DNA of 64,000 nucleotides from Escherichia phage vB_EcoM_KWBSE43-6: sequence record NC_048186.1; one strand, 5' to 3'. Shown piece by piece: positions 55,996 to 64,000 of this stretch (position 1 is its first letter; each line of letters starts with the position of its first letter). The notes under the pieces were generated by a model. It saw only the letters and a program-made list of their open reading frames with translations, ran no database searches and was not told where the DNA came from. The position numbers and the translations under genes were made by a program.

Positions 55996-58662
55996 AAAAT
56001 CTTTTAATTCATATTGTCGTGGACAATACCAAGACAGAGGGTTGGAATCTCTTATCCTATAGCGACCCATAAACCGTTTGATCAGTCCGGCCTAAAGGAT
56101 TACCCACGACAATATGAACTGTTTACTCTTTGGTCTGGGGGAGGATTTACCTCCCCCATTCCTCCCGGTTTGGGCAGCGATCTCTCACTCAACCAGGGCG
56201 CCGGCAAATTTTAGATCAATTCTACAGGTTTGTAACCGCGCTGTCGCCAAGTCATGTTGCTTCTCCTATCATTATTTGACCGCACATATGGCGGGCCGGG
56301 TTGTAATAGTTGAGTTGTGAACAACCAAGGGCTGCTAGACCTTTTATCCCGTTTGCGCATGATCAGTTCATGCGAGTCTTATCAAGCACCTTACGGCAAC
56401 TCTTCTGGATGTCATCGCCCTGCTGCCAGGCTCATCCCAGGAGTTTATTTTTCCAGGGCTTTCCACTTACAAGTCTTAACCAGACCGGGATACGGGCTTG
56501 TAAGATCGGGTTGGACACAACTTTGAGGACACTGACGACGTCTACTAGTCACCCATAACTGATATTCGGATGCCAGTATCCTCAAAGTTGCAACCAATGT
56601 CGCAACTCGCAGCTTCCATACAGAAGCAACTTGTCCTCTAACGCTCGGACCAAACGAGGCTGGCTGGTTGATTCAGAGCCGCTGGTTGCTCCAGCAAGCA
56701 TGGGTTGATAGCCCGGCAACATAGAATCACCCAAAGATGAAGAACACTCAGTGGTACAAGCCAGGGATACCAATTTCAGGTCCTTTGCGAGTTCTTTAAT
56801 GCTCTTCATTTTGTGAACTTGAGAATACTATACCTGTCTCGGGTTTCCCCTTAGTACGGTCACTCATTGTTCGTCACACCAGGGAGCTACCCTTGATGGC
56901 CCGCTTATTTTGAGTTGTTCCTGGTGCCCACCAGTGTCCGGAATGTATAGGCATCGCAGTCTACAAGGCACTGATCTTTTTCGCCCAGCGCTCTCTCAAG
57001 TTCACAAATCGAAGTGCCCTGACTCAACAGTTGTGGCCCAACATATTGTTATCGTCTACCGGGCTGGCCGTCCACTTTGTAGATCAACCTTTGGGTTTAA
57101 GATAAATTGTCAAGGCACTTCGATTTGGGTGCCCTTCACCTGCCAGGGATCAGGGCTGATGGCAAGACTTCGCTCACATCTGGGAGGTATCTCTTATCCG
57201 GATTCGAACCGGATTTATCCTGGCAGAGGAATCTAACCCCTTCACCTTGTCTTCACAAGGACGGTCAACAGACCTCAAGATACCTCCCAGATGTGGAGCC
57301 GTTTTAGGGAGTCGAACCCAAATGCTCGGCCAGCGCTGACCTTACATCCCACCTGACTTAGGCAACCCACCTCTGCTTACTCAGGAGCTTATCCCCTTTA
57401 GACAGTCAGATATAACGGCTTTGGGATTGGAGGGAGGAATCGAACCTCCCAGGGTGCTCCCCAAATCAGGGGCTGGCTCACGCCTGAAACCTGTTTAAGC
57501 ACCTGCTCCGCTCATTGTCGGCGGGAGATTATTAATCACACCCTCCCGCCTATTTTAGTGCGCCGAATTTTGTTATGAGGAATCGGAAGACCTCACTGAC
57601 TTATAGGCTATTACGCCGCCATCAGAACTACATCATCGTTTGCATTTATCTTTGTGGTCAGTTTCTAAAAACCCGCAAAGTCGCGCACAACGAGAACGAA
57701 AACCTGTTTGAGCACAAGACGCCATGTCCTGGATCACATCGAAGTGTTTGTCTAATGCCCAAACAGCTTTTCGCTTCAGTGGGTTAACTATACTTTGTTA
57801 ACCCTTATTGACAAAACTTTAAATTATTTTGCGGTGGTCGGAATCGAACCGACAGCTGGTTGAGCGCAGAGTCTTAGGAGAAGGTGCTAACCCGACCATC
57901 ACCAGCAAGCGTCGCACGGGACGCCTATCCTCGTCTGCCTATGTTCGCACACCATTCCTGTGCGTTCACCGCAATCTAATTTACCGGAACTTACGCATCC
58001 AGCCTCGCCCTGTTGGCGCTCCTAGAATCCGGGAAGACAGTAGGAACAATTATGTTACCAACAGGAAACCTTTGTGTTGCCCTTTGACGCAACATTATGA
58101 ACCCTCTTTAGAAGACTCATAATGTTGTCGGTGTGATGAGGATTACCAGCCCTCGACCTTCCCATCGTGCGGTGTCGACTCGCCGCCGGGATGCTCTCGT
58201 TCCTCTCCTGTAGATCGATATCAGGCAACCAACAGTGGTAACTTTCTGAGCTAATCACACTTTCAACAGGGAGTTTCGTTCTCCGACGGTCAGTGCGTCC
58301 ACTAACACCAGCAGGGTTACTGCGCTGCCTCTATTCACACAAGCCCCTGAGACTAGGGATTAACTGGTTTCGGGTTCAAGCCTACTCCCACTGTGCTGTT
58401 TCCCTTGAAATTTTATGATACTGCAACACGGCTAATTTGAAAAGTCCTCTCCTCTTGAGCAACAGGACCTGAAATCCTGCGGCGAACCTCTGCTCAAAAC
58501 CCGGTGCGCTATCGAAGGCGCTTTGCCAGAGTAAACATCGGGTGTTCCTAGGAGAGTGAAGGCCATCCCGATGATGAGGATAAGGAGTAACGCTATGATT
58601 ATCATACTGTTCCCTCCCTTCCATGCAACTTACTTTACTGTAATTCTGTATTGAATAAAGCG

Positions 58663-59232
58663 TTATTTTACCACAGAAAACTTCACAACCTTCTCTAGGA
58701 TAAACACATATTCCTGAGCAGCTGAATTCGACATATAATGCGTAGACGGAATAGAATGTGAATTCGTTGTTTCGCCCAGATTAACGCGGTCACACCAGCC
58801 ATTGATGGCATTACCGTAGAAGCCGATGATCGCAACGAAGTAGATGCGCTGGCTTTCTGGTTCCAGAACATAGTTGATCGTGAACGCAGTGTCCGTGCGG
58901 ACGGCTTCCAGTTTGATCCCAATACGACATTCCGGCATGTTGGGACGAACATATAAATGACGGAAGCGGTCGCGGCGGGCGGTGGAAGATTGTTCCAGTT
59001 CGTTGCGGAACTCACTCGTGACGTCGATGTTAAATGAAAAGGTGTTGTGTTTCATATCGGAACGAGCAAGGGAAACCGCATTGTCGATAACGCGACGGAA
59101 ATTTACCCCTTTATTTGTCAGGAGTTTAACTTCCTCAGCAATTGTCGTCAAAGAAATTTTGGTGGCTTGTTGTCCTTCATATTTTTCTAACAAAGGAATG
59201 ACGTGTTTCATAACTGCGGTGTTAATGTGCAT
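58663..59232 (-). CDS. Hypothetical protein
   Basis: Start re-picked at 59232 (AAGAGG RBS). Confidence 0.4.
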   Translation of the reverse strand: MHINTAVMKHVIPLLEKYEGQQATKISLTTIAEEVKLLTNKGVNFRRVIDNAVSLARSDMKHNTFSFNIDVTSEFRNELEQSSTARRDRFRHLYVRPNMPECRIGIKLEAVRTDTAFTINYVLEPESQRIYFVAIIGFYGNAINGWCDRVNLGETTNSHSIPSTHYMSNSAAQEYVFILEKVVKFSVVK

Positions 59233-59586
59233 AATAAGATCCTCTTGTAGAATTGAAATAAACGCCATCATTATAATAGAACGATTGTTATTGAATATTG
59301 GTCTCTAAATTACAGGAGTGTTTTATTAATAGGCAGAAACTACTTTTCTAACACATCTCTAGACTGTATGCTAACGCTGTGCCCTTCGAGTTGTGAGTGT
59401 CAACGAACAACGAGAAGCAGCCTCCCTGGCTGTGGAAGGGTGCCAGCCCGCACAGGGCGGTCTTACGAGCGAAGCGAGTTGATTAATATATTTGATAATA
59501 ACGCGCGCGAGAGTAAATTCCTTTCTCTGTCTTCAACAGCTAAATATCTCCAACACCATATTCAAACTTGTGTGACGGAGATCAAC

Positions 59587-61368
59587 ATGGCTACACAAAC
59601 AGTTCCTTCACTCGACGTCAGGGCTTTCGAATACATTATCAAGCAGCGTATGAAAGCTGATCCGACCTTCAAGGATTATGACTTTGAAGGATCTGGTCTC
59701 AGTGCTATCATCCGTCTGCTCGCCTCTGACGCGAATGCTATCGGCTTTATGCAAAACATGCTGAACGGAGAGAGTCACCTCCAATCAGCCCAACAACGTT
59801 CTAATGTTGGTTTGTCATCTGCATTCTTGTCGTACACTCCTGAGAACTATCAGGCGGCGTATATGTATGCAAATGTTAAAGTCACTCCATATGACGCGAC
59901 GACAGCGCCAAGCGAAATCATCATGGATCGCAAGGTTATGTTTGTTGGGGCCAAAGATGGGAAGTCTTACAACTTCACCGTTGAGAAGCCTGTGTCCACA
60001 ACCCTGCGACCAGAAGGATATTATCTTTTTGAGAATGTAAAACTCATTCAGGGTGATTGGCTTTACAAAACGTATGATGTTGAAGGTAGCGCGATCAGTA
60101 CATACAAGATCCCATCTACTAATGTAGATATCAACCATCTGGTTGTCAACGTGCAGGAATCTGAGACTTCTGATGTTTCTTACACATTTGATCGTTATAA
60201 CAGTCCGTTTGATCTGAATCAATACGCTCGTCTTTATTTCGTGGAATTGGGACTTGATGGCTTCTACACTTTTGAATTTGGGGATGGTTATATTTGCCGT
60301 CGTGTTGAAGACGGGAACGTCGTGTTCTTGCAGTATCTGGAGACTTCCGGCGCGGACGGCAACGATATCACTTCAGTTTCATCCGCGACTGCAATCGCTG
60401 GGAACAACCTGGTGGATATCGAACTCGTATCAGAAAGAAGTGCAGGCGGTACTGATCCAGAGTCCATAGAGGATACCAAGCGTCTTGCCCCTCTGAGCTA
60501 TCAGGCGGATGGTGCAGCGGTGGCCGAAACAGACTATGCCTACCTGACAGAGAAACTCTTCTCGAACGTTCTACGGGCTAAAGGCTATGGTGGAGATACG
60601 CTCAATCCACCGGACCCTGGTTATGTTTACATCGCGGTAATCCCAACAGTTGGTGAAACACTTTCCGATGCTGAGAAAGCCGATATCGTGTCTACCCTTG
60701 ACAAATACAATGTCGGTTCTATAACTCCGAAGGTTGTGGATGCTGAAGTCACATATATCCAGGTCAATACCACGATATTCTGGGATCCAACTGCTACAGC
60801 GTATGCTGAAGACGGTTTGAAAACTCTTGTCAAGAAAGGTGTAGTCACCTGGGGAACCAATAATCTTGACAATTTTGATGAGCTGTTTGACAAAGAAGTT
60901 TTGCAAAACGCCATAACAGATATGGAGCGTTCCATCGTTTCCAATATTACTTCTGTCGCATACAAGCGTCACTTCAAACCAGAATATGGTGTTCTTGACA
61001 GCTTCACGTTTGATTTCGGTCGTTCCATCAAATCTGGCTCGGTTGTTATCAACGGGTTCAAGCCGCTTCCAGCTGAAGTTGACTTCACTTATTACATCCG
61101 GGATGTAAATGGTGTTCTCAATATGTACAAGGTCAGCACTTCTGATACGACGAAGGAATATCTGGTGCAGGCTGTTGGTGTCGTTGATTATGCGAATGGC
61201 GTCGTTGAACTTCAGCAGATCACAGTGTCAAACTATGATGAAGGCGGCGCGGCGATTGTCGTGTCTCCGGAAGGATTAAACCAGAACATCCAGGTTACAT
61301 CCAATCAGGTTCTTCGTATTGGTGATGTGACCGTAGACGCGGAGGTCCGCTATGTCCAAAGATCTTAA
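59587..61368 (+). CDS. 6: Baseplate wedge subunit (T4 gp6-like)
   Basis: DYDFEGSGLSAIIRLLASD...QSAQQRSNV matches the T4 gp6 N-terminal region; start re-picked at ATG 59587 with GGAG RBS. Confidence 0.7.
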   Translation: MATQTVPSLDVRAFEYIIKQRMKADPTFKDYDFEGSGLSAIIRLLASDANAIGFMQNMLNGESHLQSAQQRSNVGLSSAFLSYTPENYQAAYMYANVKVTPYDATTAPSEIIMDRKVMFVGAKDGKSYNFTVEKPVSTTLRPEGYYLFENVKLIQGDWLYKTYDVEGSAISTYKIPSTNVDINHLVVNVQESETSDVSYTFDRYNSPFDLNQYARLYFVELGLDGFYTFEFGDGYICRRVEDGNVVFLQYLETSGADGNDITSVSSATAIAGNNLVDIELVSERSAGGTDPESIEDTKRLAPLSYQADGAAVAETDYAYLTEKLFSNVLRAKGYGGDTLNPPDPGYVYIAVIPTVGETLSDAEKADIVSTLDKYNVGSITPKVVDAEVTYIQVNTTIFWDPTATAYAEDGLKTLVKKGVVTWGTNNLDNFDELFDKEVLQNAITDMERSIVSNITSVAYKRHFKPEYGVLDSFTFDFGRSIKSGSVVINGFKPLPAEVDFTYYIRDVNGVLNMYKVSTSDTTKEYLVQAVGVVDYANGVVELQQITVSNYDEGGAAIVVSPEGLNQNIQVTSNQVLRIGDVTVDAEVRYVQRS

Positions 61369-62203
61369 TAACGGACATCTGGGCGTCAAATATGAGACGC
61401 CGTTGTTCTACCAGAACGATTTCCCTCTGTTCATTGAGTTCATGGATACGTTCTTCAATTGGCTGTATCGCCAAAACGGTTTCACTGAAGAAGAAATCCT
61501 TGCTTACCTGGCGGACACCAGTTGGCTGAATCCGGCTAGTGACGCCAGCCCGCTGATGCAGCTGGTAGACCTGAAGATACAGAAGACGCCCGGTACTGCT
61601 GTGCGTGATATGCTCCTCGACAAATATCTGGTCAGGACATTTGAGCAAATGATGGCGCTTGATACTGAAGAATTGTTGGACTCTGATGGGCGTCCTCTAT
61701 TTTCACCTGAAGACAAGAATTCAAGTATTGATGCCTGGTATAAAGAATTCGGGTTTCAAAGAACGGTTGACAAATCTTTTCCTGAATTTGGGTTCTTTGT
61801 ACCAGAAGGATCTGATGGTCTTATTACAGCGGATGGCAACCAGTTCTCGGTTTATATCGAGGGAACGCGCCGCCGGACATTAGATCACACCCGCTGGCTG
61901 AAATTGTTGAAGCATATCTATAAAATACGGGGAACGCAGAAAGCAATAGAATTGTTCTTCTGGATTTATTTCGGTGTTCCAGTTACTGTATATTATCCGA
62001 AAGAAGATTTGGCTGGTTTGGATGCTAACTTTGATTGTGATGGTGAAGTTGGTCTTCGTGATGATTACTACTATGACGAATACACATATGTCATAAGAAT
62101 ACCTGGCGACGTCGCAGATTTCGAAGGTGTATTCGATCGCGTGTTCCGTCAACACTTCCATCCATCTGGTTTCAAAGTATTCCTCGAAAGCACTAGGAGT
62201 TAA
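61352..62203 (+). CDS. Putative baseplate/tail structural protein
   Basis: 283-aa ORF coupled to gp6-like gene; context only. Confidence 0.4.
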   Translation: MSKDLNNGHLGVKYETPLFYQNDFPLFIEFMDTFFNWLYRQNGFTEEEILAYLADTSWLNPASDASPLMQLVDLKIQKTPGTAVRDMLLDKYLVRTFEQMMALDTEELLDSDGRPLFSPEDKNSSIDAWYKEFGFQRTVDKSFPEFGFFVPEGSDGLITADGNQFSVYIEGTRRRTLDHTRWLKLLKHIYKIRGTQKAIELFFWIYFGVPVTVYYPKEDLAGLDANFDCDGEVGLRDDYYYDEYTYVIRIPGDVADFEGVFDRVFRQHFHPSGFKVFLESTRS

Positions 62204-62207
62204 GAAA

Positions 62208-63461
62208 ATGGCTGATTATCTGAGCAAATATACAGGCCAGCAGATAGATAGTATTCTAGATGCGGTCGATGGAAAACTGAACAAAACTGATGTCGTGAAC
62301 GATATCACGGTAGATGACGACCTGTCCCCGGCGTCAGCACACCTTACGTTCGTCTTAAAATCTGCTATCGATACAATGAACGATGTTTTGACCAACAAAG
62401 TTGTTCGTACCGATGGGCAAGAACAAACGATAAACGGGAAAAAGACTTTTGCGTCTGTTCTGAATGCAAATGGTGGCATCGTAGTCCCGGCCCAACGCTC
62501 TATAACGATCACGGATGAACCTGCGGCCAACACGGATGCGGTGAACCTCAGCATGTTGAAAAAACATGGGCTGAGCACTGTGGATTCCGTTGGTTCTGGT
62601 TCTGGTCTGAAGATTTCGTTGCTTTCCAATGGTTACAACAAATTGGAAGTCGATCTCTCTAATCTTGTCGTGAGGACAGACACAGCGCTCCCTCAATCGC
62701 TGGCTGTGTATTCACCCACAGGTGGGTCACAAATATGGTCTATGACAAGCCTGTTCAACAGTTTTTTCGCTGACACTCGTTTCAACGACTACGTGAAGGT
62801 CGTGGAATATGATTCAGATATGCTGAACATTGAAACGCAATTCACTAGCGTCAACAACCGCATAAATCTGAAACTGGATACTGCGACATATACGACGAAA
62901 ATGACCAGTCTGGATTCTCAGATAGCGAATTTACAATCTGGGAAAGTGGATAATACGACGTATACGGCGAAAATGACAAGCCTTGACAGTCAAATCAGCG
63001 GCCTGTCTACGAATAAAGTTGACAAATCGACGTATGACACCAAAATGGCTAGTTTAGACGGTCAAATCAGTGATCTGACTACAAACAAAGTCGATGTGTC
63101 GACGTACACTACTGATATGAACGCCTTGAATTTGGCGCTGGCGGGTTCGGTGAAATTGGCTAAAACCAACACCACCAGTGTTTCTGTCCCGGCTTCTGGT
63201 AGTGCTGCGTTACCTGATTTCACTTTGGTGAATCTGTGTCAAATTTTGATTACAGCCAAATGGGGTACATTGGTTGATACGTTCTTGGTCACAATGACGT
63301 ATGACGGTACTCTTCAGGCAACGTCATTGACACAAAAAAGTACGGCGGGGACTTTGTCGTTCGCAGGTTCTGTTGTTTCAGGTAAACTACGCCTGACAAT
63401 GACCAATGCTAATACAACAACCGCAGCATCTGTCGATTATTCACTTCGTGCTTCTTTCTAA
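62208..63461 (+). CDS. Tail fibre-like protein with tandem ~21-aa repeats
   Basis: AGGAG RBS; repeats TYTTKMTSLDSQIANLQSGKVD / TYTAKMTSLDSQISGLSTNKVD / TYDTKMASLDGQISDLTTNKVD; followed by strong terminator. Confidence 0.5.
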   Translation: MADYLSKYTGQQIDSILDAVDGKLNKTDVVNDITVDDDLSPASAHLTFVLKSAIDTMNDVLTNKVVRTDGQEQTINGKKTFASVLNANGGIVVPAQRSITITDEPAANTDAVNLSMLKKHGLSTVDSVGSGSGLKISLLSNGYNKLEVDLSNLVVRTDTALPQSLAVYSPTGGSQIWSMTSLFNSFFADTRFNDYVKVVEYDSDMLNIETQFTSVNNRINLKLDTATYTTKMTSLDSQIANLQSGKVDNTTYTAKMTSLDSQISGLSTNKVDKSTYDTKMASLDGQISDLTTNKVDVSTYTTDMNALNLALAGSVKLAKTNTTSVSVPASGSAALPDFTLVNLCQILITAKWGTLVDTFLVTMTYDGTLQATSLTQKSTAGTLSFAGSVVSGKLRLTMTNANTTTAASVDYSLRASF

Positions 63462-63472
63462 ATCTTAAACTA

Positions 63473-63511
63473 AATACCCCTAGACGATTACATGTGCTAG
63501 GGGTATTTTCA
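63473..63511 (+). terminator. Rho-independent terminator
   Basis: ATACCCCTAG ... CTAGGGGTAT 10-bp stem then TTTTC. Confidence 0.6.
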
Positions 63512-63512
63512 A

Positions 63513-64000
63513 ATGGCTAATAAACCCACGAAACCAAATTTTCCGCTTGGGCTTGAATCACAAGATCAATCCGTATTTCAAGAAGGTATTCTGAATAATG
63601 GTGTTGTAGAACATGGCCCAGATGCGGTAATGACTGTGCCAGAAACTCCTGACGCATCTGGGGTTCCTTCTGCTGTCCGTTATAACGAAGATGACGACCA
63701 GTTTGAAGGCTATTACAACGAAGGCGGTTGGTTGCCGCTTGGGGGTGGTAACGGTGGGCGCTGGGAACTCCTTCCGCATGCCCCCTCTTCCTTGTTACAG
63801 CTCGGTCGTGCATATCTGGTGGATAACACTGACGGTGCCTCTACGGTGGTTTTCCCTCCCCCTAAACGGGTTGGTGATAGCATCACTGTGTGTGACCTTT
63901 TTGGTAAATTCTCAACTTATCCTCTGACTGTTGACGGTAACGGTAAATCGATCTATGGCTCTGCGGATAGCATGACGATTTCTACCGATAACGTCAGCGC
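63513..64000 (+). CDS. Tail fibre/tailspike-like protein, 5' partial (runs off window end)
   Basis: Open frame from ATG 63513 to window end, absent from ORF track because no stop is reached; Gly-rich, beta-type composition. Confidence 0.45.
   Translation, partial: MANKPTKPNFPLGLESQDQSVFQEGILNNGVVEHGPDAVMTVPETPDASGVPSAVRYNEDDDQFEGYYNEGGWLPLGGGNGGRWELLPHAPSSLLQLGRAYLVDNTDGASTVVFPPPKRVGDSITVCDLFGKFSTYPLTVDGNGKSIYGSADSMTISTDNVS

Noticed and set aside
1-64000. CRISPR arrays, integrases, transposases or prophage attachment sites
   Set aside because: No direct-repeat/spacer arrays and no recombinase-like ORFs were seen; the content is that of a virulent phage.

Overview
This window reads as part of a T4-like virulent myophage genome (T4-type replication core; gene order only partly T4-like, so the exact family is not resolved). 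All calls are by eye from the ORF track and raw sequence; no searches were run. Recognisable by motif: UvsX recombinase, gp41 helicase, gp59-like loader, ATP-dependent DNA ligase, topoisomerase II subunits gp39 and gp52, family-B DNA polymerase gp43, DexA-like exonuclease, rIIA and a probable rIIB. Nucleotide metabolism is unusually dense: a ThyA-superfamily pyrimidine hydroxymethylase, dNMP kinase, dCMP deaminase, two MazG/dUTPase-like NTPases, two HAD phosphatases, a metallophosphoesterase, a PP-loop ATPase, a P-loop kinase-like protein and a PLP fold-type II enzyme. A minus-strand tRNA island (six canonical tRNAs plus one atypical) is followed by about 2.4 kb of ORF-poor sequence with tRNA-like hairpins and long inverted repeats. 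Virion genes include head completion gp4, baseplate wedge gp6, a tandem-repeat tail fibre, and a tail-tube/hub/tape-measure-like block. The most interesting candidates are a possible DNA base-hypermodification gene set, a macro-domain protein plus a PARP-like ADP-ribosyltransferase candidate, and a LemA-family/multi-TM membrane protein pair. Many small ORFs remain hypothetical and several start codons were re-picked by RBS and coupling logic.
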